In this document: positions 40,653-49,186 of the stretch, piece by piece
Layout of the letters: each line of letters starts with the position of its first letter
How positions within the stretch are numbered: position 1 is the stretch's first letter
Origin: an uncultured Gemmataceae bacterium
GTDB taxonomy: Bacteria; Planctomycetota; Planctomycetia; Gemmatales; Gemmataceae
Length of the DNA stretch: 64,000 nucleotides
Direction: 5' to 3'
Assembly: GCA_963750165.1 (NCBI GenBank)
Contig: CAVVPN010000011.1
Span: forward strand, 736,001 to 800,000
Notes under the pieces: generated by a model
The model's database searches: none
What the model was told of the DNA's origin: nothing
Seen by the model: only the letters and a program-made list of their open reading frames with translations
Translations under genes and position numbers: made by a program

Positions 40653-41570
40653 ATGGCCAGCGACGCAACCCCCGGCCTGACGCCCGCACTGCTGCACAAA
40701 CGCCAACGCCTGCTGGATCTGCTGCGCGACCTGGGTCGTGTCGCGGTCGCCTTCAGCGGCGGCATCGACAGCACCGTCGTCGCTCAGGCCGCCTTCCTCG
40801 CGCTAGGCGACAACGCCGTCGCCATCACCGCCGACAGCCCGAGTGTGCCGCGCTCCGAGATCGCCGAGGCCGTCGCCCTTGCCCGCCACATTGGCATTCG
40901 CCATCAGCTCGTCCGCACCAACGAGTTTGACGATCCCGACTACGTCCGCAACGACGGCAGCCGCTGCTACCACTGCAAGAGCGAATTATACGACCGCATT
41001 GAAACGCTGCTGCCGAAGTTGTGGCCCGGTCAGGAGACCGGGCCACAACGAGTGGTGTGCAGCGGTGCCAACCTCGACGACCTGGGCGACTACCGCCCCG
41101 GGCTGACGGCCGCCGCGGAACACGCCGTCCGCCACCCGTTGCAGGAGGCGAGCTTCACGAAGGCGGAGGTGCGCGCGGTCGCGCTGGACTGGGGCCTGCC
41201 GACATGGGACAAGCCAGCGTCGCCGTGCCTGTCCAGCCGGCTGGCGCCCGGCGTGACGGTGACACCCGAGCGCACCGGCCGCGTCGAGGCCGCCGAAGCG
41301 TACCTGCGCGGCCTGGGACTGCGCGAACTGCGCGTCCGGCTGCACGAGGGCGAACTGGCTCGCATCGAGGTGCCCGCGACGGAGCTGGAGCGCCTGGCCG
41401 ACCCAGCGGTGCGCGAGCCGCTGGTACGGCATTTGCTAAAAATTGGATTCCGCTTCGTGACGTTGGACCTGGAAGGTTTTCGCAGCGGCAGCCTGAACGC
41501 GCTGGTGCCGCTGGAGAGCAAGTTATTGTTTCGACAGCCGCCCGTGTCGTCAGGAGCACCCACCCCATGA
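40653..41570 (+). CDS. larE: ATP-dependent sacrificial sulfur transferase LarE family
   Basis: AFSGGIDS PP-loop, RCYHCK, DDLGDYRPG, PCLSSR and GFRSGSLN motifs. Confidence 0.92.
   Translation: MASDATPGLTPALLHKRQRLLDLLRDLGRVAVAFSGGIDSTVVAQAAFLALGDNAVAITADSPSVPRSEIAEAVALARHIGIRHQLVRTNEFDDPDYVRNDGSRCYHCKSELYDRIETLLPKLWPGQETGPQRVVCSGANLDDLGDYRPGLTAAAEHAVRHPLQEASFTKAEVRAVALDWGLPTWDKPASPCLSSRLAPGVTVTPERTGRVEAAEAYLRGLGLRELRVRLHEGELARIEVPATELERLADPAVREPLVRHLLKIGFRFVTLDLEGFRSGSLNALVPLESKLLFRQPPVSSGAPTP
41018..41049. repeat. GTGGC-type REP palindrome inside larE coding sequence
   Basis: GTTGTGGCCCGGTCAGGAGACCGGGCCACAAC, closely matching 27911-27939. Confidence 0.82.
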
Positions 41571-41833
41571 CCCCGTTAGCCGCCCCGCACGCCCTCGACG
41601 CCTACTTTCTGGAAGCGCGCTGTAAACTGCTGGACCTGGCCGCCATCCTCGACCGCATCGGCCGCGGCCGCGACGCCGCCGGCGCCGGCGCTGACCCGCG
41701 GCTGGCGCAGGTGCGTCAGGCGCTGGAGGTGCTGCTGGACCCGAGCAGCGGCCGGGCCGAGCGCGTGCAGCAGATTTTCTCGGACGCTTACGAACCGTGC
41801 TGGCAGCCGCCGAAGCCGCGCTATTCCTACTGA
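41567..41833 (+). CDS. Small conserved hypothetical protein
   Basis: ATGA overlap with larE; LDAYFLEARCKLLDLAAILDRI...RAERVQQIFS. Confidence 0.8.
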   Translation: MTPLAAPHALDAYFLEARCKLLDLAAILDRIGRGRDAAGAGADPRLAQVRQALEVLLDPSSGRAERVQQIFSDAYEPCWQPPKPRYSY

Positions 41834-42680
41834 GGATTGCGCGGGAAAAGATCTCTTACTTCCACCATAATGGGACTCTGGCGTGCAGGATGAAGGAAAC
41901 CAACAACTGCGGCTTGTTTTTCAACGCTACCAAGGCCTCCCAAACGTGCTGCCGCAGTTCGGTGACATCACTGGGAGCCAGGTTGCACAACTGGCCATAC
42001 TTGGTCCAAGACCAGACGTCCTCGTCCGGATTGGTGTCCGGGGCGTGGGGGCGGGGCAGTCCTCCACCACGACTTCGGGATGACCAGCCAGCCACGCCTT
42101 GACCACCTGGGCCTTGCTGTGAATCTGCTTGCGGTCCCAGACGATGGTCCACGGGCCGCCGACCTCGCTCTTGAACTGCCGCAAGAACAGCACCACCTCC
42201 TCGCCATGAAAGTTCTCATTGTCGCCTGGCAGCATAAAGTGTAGGCCGACTCGGCGCGCTTGCGGGCTGAGGGTGATGGCACTGATCACGCTAATCGGTC
42301 ATGCCGATCCGAGCAATCCAGCAAGGGGGTCTGACCGCGCGGGGCCAAGGTCGCCGGACGACCGGGGACAGCAAAAAGCCGGATTCGTCGAGCAAAGCGA
42401 TGCGCGCGCGGCGCTGGTAGGATTGCCGAATGATCTGAGGCCAGTCATCAGCGAGCCACCGTTCGACCTCTTTGAGGTTACGTTCCCGGGCGCGTTTCTG
42501 CGGTCGCTGGCTTGTCCAGTGCAGGTGCCGCCGGAGCAACCGGTAGACGTGGGCGGGATGATCCCGGACGCCGAAGTTACGCCGGATCAGGACGGCGACC
42601 CGTTTAGCAGTCCACAGGTGGTTGAGCCACCCGTGCGCTATGGCCCCTTGCTTGAGCAAGGCTTCCAAGGTGGCGGTGAC
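41829..42680 (-). mobile_element. Degraded IS630-family element
   Basis: LWTAKRVA winged-HTH, LDESGF, IVWD and NPDEDVW motifs spread over several frames; N-terminus missing. Confidence 0.85.
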
Positions 42681-42911
42681 AGGGCAATCAGGCCGTCAGT
42701 CGGCAGCGGAGATCAGCCCCTTGGCATCCGGGCGGTGGCGCCGTAAAAAAATCGAACCACCGCTGTTTCTGGCTGTCCTTCCTTTACGAGAATGTACGAG
42801 AAGTGGCTGGAAACTGTACGAGAAGACAGTAAAATAGAGAAGAGGCGGCGAGAAGAGCGGCCCCGTACAGCAGGCGGAAGTTGAAGTCTGATAGAGGGTT
42901 AAGAAGAAGAA

Positions 42912-42984
42912 GGACAGATAGCTCAGCTGGTAGAGCGAAGGACTGAAAATCCTTAGGTCGCCGGTTCGATCCCGGCTCTGTCCA
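42912..42984 (+). tRNA. tRNA-Phe(GAA)
   Basis: Acceptor GGACAGA/TCTGTCC, D arm AGCTCAGCTGGTAGAGC, anticodon arm AAGGA-CTGAAAA-TCCTT, T loop GGTTCGATCC; CCA not encoded. Confidence 0.97.
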
Positions 42985-42994
42985 CTCCTCTAAG

Positions 42995-43025
42995 GCCACA
43001 AGTCTCAATGACTTGTGGCTTTTTT
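42995..43025 (+). terminator. Intrinsic terminator after tRNA-Phe, supplied by the element
   Basis: GCCACAAGTC-TCAAT-GACTTGTGGC-TTTTTT. Confidence 0.85.
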
Positions 43026-43057
43026 ATTGCGCATTCCTGTTTCGCTTTACCTTCCGC

Positions 43058-43106
43058 GGGGGACAACAGGGGGACAATCGCAAGTTTGGTCCCCCGCGGG
43101 GGGACA
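43058..43106. promoter_or_regulatory. Putative integrase arm-type sites (left)
   Basis: GGGGGACAA twice at 11-bp period, plus an inverted and a further copy; same tandem at 55079-55098. Confidence 0.65.
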
Positions 43107-43387
43107 CAAGCCCCACCTGGCGGTCATCCGCTCCGACAGTTCAGGCTTTCCCCCGCCGCGCAGCGGCGGCCGGCCGCAGGCCGGGGCGTAGCGCTGCAGC
43201 CAGGGCGTGCCCGGCTCGGCTGGAGGGAAACCAAGCAAGCAAGTTAGCGCTGGGTAATTAAATATTAAATCGAGGATTATTGTTGAAATTGACGCAAGAG
43301 GTTATACAATAGGAACTTAGTGCGGGAGAGGTGTTGGTAGCACCCCTCCCGCGGAACCACCAGTTCAACGTTTCGAGGGTCCAACTG

Positions 43388-43876
43388 ATGGCCACTTCCC
43401 AGGGTACGCGCGCGCCGCGGAAACGTCAATCGAAGAAGGGCCGCAGGCCGGGCGACATCCGCCAGGCGGCCGGGTTGCAAGGGCAACCACCGGCACCCCA
43501 ACTGGAACCGACGCCAGCGCCGGCGACCACACCGCAGGCGCCGGCAACCCCACCTGCGAAAGCACAACACCCCCTCGCCCTGCACCCCCAAAAGGCCGGC
43601 CACTTCAAAACCTGGCTCATGACCGTGGAAACCGGTTGGCTCGTCTCCGGGATTCCGACCGATCTCGGCCGCATGCCCAACGCCTGGAAGTTGCAGCGCT
43701 ACGACGGCCAGGCCACCCATCACGTCCATGAGTTCGAGTCCGCGGGCGGGCCGGTCATGATTTGCGATTGCGGCGAGGCGGTCATCAAGAGCGACGGGTT
43801 CAACTGCTCGCCCTGCGACCATGTGAAAATGCTGCACGCGCTCCGCCAACTGCTCGGCCACCAGGCGGAGGGCTGA
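43388..43876 (+). CDS. SWIM-like zinc-finger protein
   Basis: Basic/Pro-rich N-terminus; C-terminal ICDC-x(13)-PCDH. Confidence 0.62.
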   Translation: MATSQGTRAPRKRQSKKGRRPGDIRQAAGLQGQPPAPQLEPTPAPATTPQAPATPPAKAQHPLALHPQKAGHFKTWLMTVETGWLVSGIPTDLGRMPNAWKLQRYDGQATHHVHEFESAGGPVMICDCGEAVIKSDGFNCSPCDHVKMLHALRQLLGHQAEG

Positions 43877-43879
43877 GCC

Positions 43880-44182
43880 ATGAAACTGCGACACGCAACC
43901 ATCGTGCGGCGCTTGCCCAGCATTCTGCAGCGCGGCTTGCTGTGTTCCCGCAGCCGGGGCCGGCGGAAGGTCGTTTGGCTGCACACGCCGAACAAGACCG
44001 GCTGGGCGACGTTGCACACCGTCAAGCGCCACGGTGGACGCGTTGAGGCGGTCGTTGTGGTCGAGGTGAACGTGCCGCGCAGCTGGCTGCGACGGTCCCG
44101 CAAGGGGCTGTGGTATTGCATCCACGATGTGCCGGCCGACCGGGTTCGTCAGGTTCGGACGTTCGGCGAGATGGCGGCTTGA
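43880..44182 (+). CDS. Minimal ADP-ribosyltransferase-fold protein (Tpt1/KptA/DarT-like motifs)
   Basis: LRHAT...SILQRGL...VWL...VVVEV...WY..HDVP; GGAGG RBS. Confidence 0.6.
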   Translation: MKLRHATIVRRLPSILQRGLLCSRSRGRRKVVWLHTPNKTGWATLHTVKRHGGRVEAVVVVEVNVPRSWLRRSRKGLWYCIHDVPADRVRQVRTFGEMAA

Positions 44183-44320
44183 CGACGGCCAGGGCGGGCG
44201 GCGCGAGCCCAGCGCGCCGCCCCGGGCCGGCCGAGCTGCGGACGGGCGCGCCCAGGTCGTTTTGGGACAAAACGACCGGCGACCCGGAGGGGACAGCAAC
44301 CCGGCAGATGACGCAGGGTT

Positions 44321-44335
44321 TGGCATGGCATTTGC
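44321..44335 (+). promoter_or_regulatory. Sigma-54 (-24/-12) promoter motif
   Basis: TGGCATG-GCAT-TTGC against consensus TGGCACG-N4-TTGC, with exact GG-N10-GC spacing. Confidence 0.6.
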
Positions 44336-44376
44336 GCGACCCTTTCACCAACCTTCTCCTCTCCCAACCTCATCGG

Positions 44377-44600
44377 GAGCGTTGCGCAGCGCAGGTCCCC
44401 CAGGTTGATTCACGCAAACCTGTCAAGCCCCAGAAGGCCCAGCCCGGAACTGGAATTTTGGTTTTGGCCGTCCTTCGGTAGACCTGCAACCCGTCTGACG
44501 AGGCCAAAACCAAAATTCCGCATTCCCCGGGCTGGTCCCTCATGGGGGCTTGACGGGTTTGCAGCAATGCACCTGGGGGACCGGAGCGAAGCAACGCCTC
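44377..44600 (+). other. ~224-nt rod-like imperfect inverted repeat (ncRNA or ssDNA structure)
   Basis: Nested paired blocks GCGTTGC/GCAACGC, GGTCCCCCAGGT/ACCTGGGGGACC, GCAAACCTGTCAAGCCCC/GGGGCTTGACGGGTTTGC, CCAGCCCGG/CCGGGCTGG and GGAATTTTGGTTTTGGCC/GGCCAAAACCAAAATTCC. Confidence 0.75.
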
Positions 44601-44900
44601 AAGCAGTTTTTGCGGAGCGAAGCGGGAGCAAAGACCTCCTCAACACGCGGCCAGGGAAGGCCGCGCACAGCATGACGGGCCCACCCCAGGCCAAGGATGG
44701 CGAAAGAACAAACAGAATTCGACACGCAAAAGAGACTGCCCCCCGTTCAGTTTCGCACAAAGTTTAGCAGCAACGAGCTGATCGCCCCCCATTTTTGCTC
44801 GAAGTATCCTCTGTAGGCCGCTCGGTACGTCGAAATGACATGCGCAAACGGACGCCGCCATTGGTAAAATGACGGTCGTCACCATTGGGGAGCGTAGGGC

Positions 44901-46082
44901 ATGGCGAAGACACGAAAGTGCAAAGTCGTGGTTGACGGGGCCTTCCAGGAGGCTACTTTCCACCAGTTCCAAAAACAGATCGTCCACGGGAGCGACAACG
45001 AGCCGCGAGAGCGTACGGTCGCCGTCGTGGAGTTGAGGAACGGCAAGTTGGTGAACTTCGAGCCGACCAATGTCCGGTTCCTGGACGAGCCTCCAGAGGA
45101 TGACCACGAACACGAAGGCCAGAGCGTCGGGAGCGAGGTCATGACCGGCCGCGATCTACTTGTGAAGTTGGAGACGTTCAAGTCAATCCTGGTCGCACGG
45201 GCGCGGGGCGAAACGCCGCGCGACGACGAGTACACCGCGCTGCGCCGCGAACTGGTTGCCAACCCCGCGATCAAGCAGGCGCTGCCGTCATTCGTCATCT
45301 CCTGTCGCACGGTGCAGGAGTTCTGGAGCTTCATCCAGCCGAAGTTCTCGACGTACAAGGCGCGAACAGACTTCCTCCAGCTGGAGTTCGAGCCGATCCT
45401 GACCGCGCTGGAGAACGACACCACCCCCAATTTGGGGGTCGGCGACCTGTTCCGCCATCAGTTCCCAGCTGGGCTGCCGTTCGGGCTCACCAAGCCGCAC
45501 GTCGTGTTGAAGCCGCAGAGCGGGACGCAGGTGTTCCAGTTCGAGGACGCGGCGGACGTCGGCGTGATCCGTAACGGCGCCTACCCGGGCCTCACCTTCG
45601 CCGGGCTGCAGGCGGCGGTAAGCGGCACGCCCGTTGCCCGCACGAAGCTGGACGAGAAGCTGGTCGCGCTCATCCAGACCGACTACGAGAAGACGTTCTT
45701 CCGCCAGTACGCCACGACCTACGCGATGATCACCACCGACGTGCCGGTGCTCGTACCGCAGGCTTGGATCCAGTGGCACTCGCTGAAGAAGGACGACCTC
45801 CGTGCCGCCGGCTCGTCGTACGCCGCGGATCTCTACCGGGTTGACTTCGTCGCATTCTGGAAGAACCGGCGCTTCGCCATCCTCATCGATGACATCAGCC
45901 ATTACGCGGTTAAAGGGTCCGGCCGATGGGACGCCAACGAAACACAGTACTCCAACCGCCTCAAGGAAGATCGCAAACTCCGCAAGGAGGGCTGGGACGT
46001 GTTCAGGGTGAGCAACTGGGAGATCCGCAGCGGCGGCCTGCCTGAGATACTCGCCGACTTACGAGAGTTTCTCGGGTTCTAG
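44901..46082 (+). CDS. Abortive-infection-type protein with C-terminal Vsr/DUF559-like endonuclease
   Basis: Helical domain EYTALRREL..LPSFV..CRT..FWSFI..KFSTY resembling Abi protein N-termini; C-terminal YRVDF..AILIDDISHY..EDRKLRKEGWDVFRVSNWEI. Confidence 0.72.
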   Translation: MAKTRKCKVVVDGAFQEATFHQFQKQIVHGSDNEPRERTVAVVELRNGKLVNFEPTNVRFLDEPPEDDHEHEGQSVGSEVMTGRDLLVKLETFKSILVARARGETPRDDEYTALRRELVANPAIKQALPSFVISCRTVQEFWSFIQPKFSTYKARTDFLQLEFEPILTALENDTTPNLGVGDLFRHQFPAGLPFGLTKPHVVLKPQSGTQVFQFEDAADVGVIRNGAYPGLTFAGLQAAVSGTPVARTKLDEKLVALIQTDYEKTFFRQYATTYAMITTDVPVLVPQAWIQWHSLKKDDLRAAGSSYAADLYRVDFVAFWKNRRFAILIDDISHYAVKGSGRWDANETQYSNRLKEDRKLRKEGWDVFRVSNWEIRSGGLPEILADLREFLGF

Positions 46083-46222
46083 CCACGCCCTCAGGATCGC
46101 AGACAGAACCGCGTCTTCGATGTATCATAGCGCTGGCGGGGATAGGGCGTCGGCCGAAACCCGGAAAGCCTTGCCGGTTTCCCCACACTTCTCCTGCAAG
46201 GCGGCCGAAAGGTATCGGTGCA

Positions 46223-49156
46223 ATGTTGGAATATGACCGTCTTTCGGGTCGGATTCTATCCGCACTGACGGGCGAACTACTTCCGGACACATCTTGGCAC
46301 GTTCCCGAGCGCAAAGAACAGCGCATTGCGATTGCGGTCTGTGACGCAACGGGCATGACGCCCGAACGCTGGGACCGCCTGACCAAAGACGAGAGGATAC
46401 CGTGGCTGCACAAAACCTTGAAGGCCCTGGAGAAGCAACCCGCGCCCAATGCGTGGATCGAAGGCGATGACCTACCAGTCTATCGTCCGGAACCGGCCTG
46501 CGAACCACTCGCGGACGCTTCTCGCGTGGCTGGTCCAGCGGACCGCGCCGGGCGTTCGCAACTTGCTTCTCACCTCGTCGAATGTCAGCGCCGTCTAGCT
46601 GACTTTCGCACTCGACATGATTACATTGCCGTCAGGTGCGCTCTACTGCGGTTGGAAGGGGCCGGCGGGACGGTCCTTTACGACCATCCTTTCGCCCGCA
46701 TCCTGACCAATCGTGCTTTTTTCGACCGTCTGTCGGTGAGCCACGGGGAGACGTTCAACATCGCGTTCTTTCCGTTGGTGGACAGCATCGAGGCGGAGCG
46801 GATACCCGCCGCGCTGGCCTCAGTTGAAACAATCACAGGCGAAATTCACCCCCTACTGGGGGAGCTACCCAAGCCGGTTCGCGAACGCTTGCGGCTGCCG
46901 GACAGCGATAACTGGTGGCGTAGCGTCTTCCATCTCGCCTGGCATTTCCCCCGGCCATTCCTGAAGGCCACTCGCCGCCGGTTACTGTCTAAGGACGGTG
47001 CGCCCGCCGGCATCAGCGATGAGACTTTCGTGCAGTTGCACGGGATGGGCGGACGAAGCGACTTGCTGCCCGGCTTGATTTACAGCGAGATGGCACACGA
47101 CCTTTGTACGTGCTCAGAGGCCGCCGTGGCGGTCGTCCTCGACGCCTTGGAAAAGCACGCCCAAGCAGGCACCCCCGCCGGTTCGGAAGTACCAAGACTG
47201 TCGGCTGGGCAGCGACGGACCTTCGACCAGTTGCGGGCCGAGTTCGAGGCCGGAGCACAGATGCCGATGGCCTTTGAATGCAAGTTGCTCAAACTGGCCG
47301 ACAGCTTCGAGTCCCCGCCGGCGATCGAATGGGTGGGCCTGGAGGTTGGTGGATGCGTCGAGCGCTTCCTGACCCTCTCGAAGCTAAACGACCAGCAGGA
47401 GATTATCCAGATTCGCGGTCCGGCGACGGAGTGGTTTTGCCAAGTTGCCGAACGGGCTGGGAACGCGCTGCCCCCCTGGATTCCGGATTTCCCCCTGCTG
47501 TTTGATGACCCTCAACTCGGGTTCGGCGGACCGCGTCCCGTGATGAACCGCGACGCCTGCGAACGCTGGATAGGCTTTGTTTTCGCCACAATCAAACAGC
47601 ACGCCCCCGAATCCCTGCGCGTCACCTGGGGGACGCCAATGGGGCCGCTCTCCTACGGGTTCGCCACCCTCGAACGGAATCTGTGCGGCGCGTCCGTCCT
47701 TGCCATCGACCTGGCCCGGCTTACAACCGCAGCGGCAGAGACGGCGAAGCAGTTCCGAGAGAACTGCTCGCCGTTTACGGTTCCGTCGTTGGAAGAACAG
47801 GGATTCCAGTGGACCGAAGAGGTGCCCCCGCCTACACCGCCCGTAAACTATACGCTGGGTAAGTTGGTCGAGGGCCTACGGCTCTTCGCCGAAGATTACC
47901 AGCTTGTAGAAGAGCGAATCCGTGAAGAACACCCCATCACCGCAAAAGGATCCCGGTTTCGGCTCGGCGCGCACGTCAGCGGGGCGCGGGCCTGTCTGCT
48001 GGCCATCCCAGGTTTCGCTGAGTTGCGGGCGTGGGCGCGATCTGAGTGGGATGAAGAGATCAGTTTCGCGGTGAGCCGGCGTATCGTGGATGCGCTGGTT
48101 ACGCGATCCAATGGCCGCCTGTCCGCTAATGCCGCCGAAGGCTTGAGCCTGGCGGAGGCTGTCGCCCGTCTATCCGCCCTGCCCAGAGAGTCTCTAGAGG
48201 AGGACGAAGTGGATTCGAGTAGTAACGAGTTGCCCGCGCCGGTCGATCGGGAAACCAGGCAGCGAGTCATCTACGAGTTGGAAAACTGGAAACGAATCCT
48301 ATACGCCCCGCCGGCTGAAAAGCCGGCTCTCCAAAAGTACGTCGAGTTGACGAGCCGCATCATAGCCTGGCGTGGCCACCACGCCCCCCGGTTCGACGTA
48401 ACTTCGTTGGATGAAGTGCGGGGAATACTGGTACGGCGTGCCACTGGTGAACAGACGCCAGAGGAAGAACTACGGACGGTGGGGGAGAGAGCAGCAAGGG
48501 CCTGCGACCGCATCAAGGACTGGCTCCAAACAGTCGAGGGCCTCCTGGAAGAAAAGACCGCTGGCTACAGGCCGAGTACCGAAATGAGCCGCATCGTCTT
48601 CGAGCTAAACAATCCTCCCAACGACTCGCCCGCGAAGCCGGGCGAGCTGGTAGAAGTACCCAACCCCTTTGACGAAGCTCGCCGGTCGTGGCTGCCGATT
48701 CTGAAGGAGCATATCAGCAAAGTTCCCGAGCTGACTGGGGACCTGACCGAGGAGAAGCTTCGGCAGTGTCTATGGCGGAGATTTAGGGTGCGGCCGACGC
48801 AGGATCTTGACGCTGAACAAATGGTGGAATTGTTTGAAGGCGAACAGACTGGCCAACCTGACGAGGGGCCGGCTCGAACAGCCCAGAGACTGGAACATCA
48901 CCGGCTTGACGCCTTGTTGACGTCCCTGCTCTCTGCCTTCGACCGCAACTCGATGGAGCAGATGCTTCGCATGAAGATGAGCATCCGTCTCGAAGAAGAA
49001 GTCCCACATGGTGGATTTCGAGACCAGGTATTCTGGCTGATCGAGTGGGCAGAAGAAAACGGCCGGGTCGATGAACTGGCGCGCATGGCTCTCGAAACGA
49101 GGCCCCAAAGCGCAGAACTTCGGGCGTATGTCGAGGGCTTGCAGGACAGAGGCTGA
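46223..49156 (+). CDS. 977-aa protein of unknown function with C-terminal EAD1-like domain
   Basis: Long ORF; last ~85 aa LLSAFDRNSMEQMLRMKMSIRLEEEV..FRDQVFWLIEWAEENGRVDELARMALETRPQSAELR. Confidence 0.82.
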   Translation: MLEYDRLSGRILSALTGELLPDTSWHVPERKEQRIAIAVCDATGMTPERWDRLTKDERIPWLHKTLKALEKQPAPNAWIEGDDLPVYRPEPACEPLADASRVAGPADRAGRSQLASHLVECQRRLADFRTRHDYIAVRCALLRLEGAGGTVLYDHPFARILTNRAFFDRLSVSHGETFNIAFFPLVDSIEAERIPAALASVETITGEIHPLLGELPKPVRERLRLPDSDNWWRSVFHLAWHFPRPFLKATRRRLLSKDGAPAGISDETFVQLHGMGGRSDLLPGLIYSEMAHDLCTCSEAAVAVVLDALEKHAQAGTPAGSEVPRLSAGQRRTFDQLRAEFEAGAQMPMAFECKLLKLADSFESPPAIEWVGLEVGGCVERFLTLSKLNDQQEIIQIRGPATEWFCQVAERAGNALPPWIPDFPLLFDDPQLGFGGPRPVMNRDACERWIGFVFATIKQHAPESLRVTWGTPMGPLSYGFATLERNLCGASVLAIDLARLTTAAAETAKQFRENCSPFTVPSLEEQGFQWTEEVPPPTPPVNYTLGKLVEGLRLFAEDYQLVEERIREEHPITAKGSRFRLGAHVSGARACLLAIPGFAELRAWARSEWDEEISFAVSRRIVDALVTRSNGRLSANAAEGLSLAEAVARLSALPRESLEEDEVDSSSNELPAPVDRETRQRVIYELENWKRILYAPPAEKPALQKYVELTSRIIAWRGHHAPRFDVTSLDEVRGILVRRATGEQTPEEELRTVGERAARACDRIKDWLQTVEGLLEEKTAGYRPSTEMSRIVFELNNPPNDSPAKPGELVEVPNPFDEARRSWLPILKEHISKVPELTGDLTEEKLRQCLWRRFRVRPTQDLDAEQMVELFEGEQTGQPDEGPARTAQRLEHHRLDALLTSLLSAFDRNSMEQMLRMKMSIRLEEEVPHGGFRDQVFWLIEWAEENGRVDELARMALETRPQSAELRAYVEGLQDRG

Positions 49157-49186
49157 AACGCCGACGTCGAAACACAGGGAGACGGT

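Noticed and set aside
44377..44600. Retron msr-msd
   Set aside because: No reverse transcriptase in the element or window.
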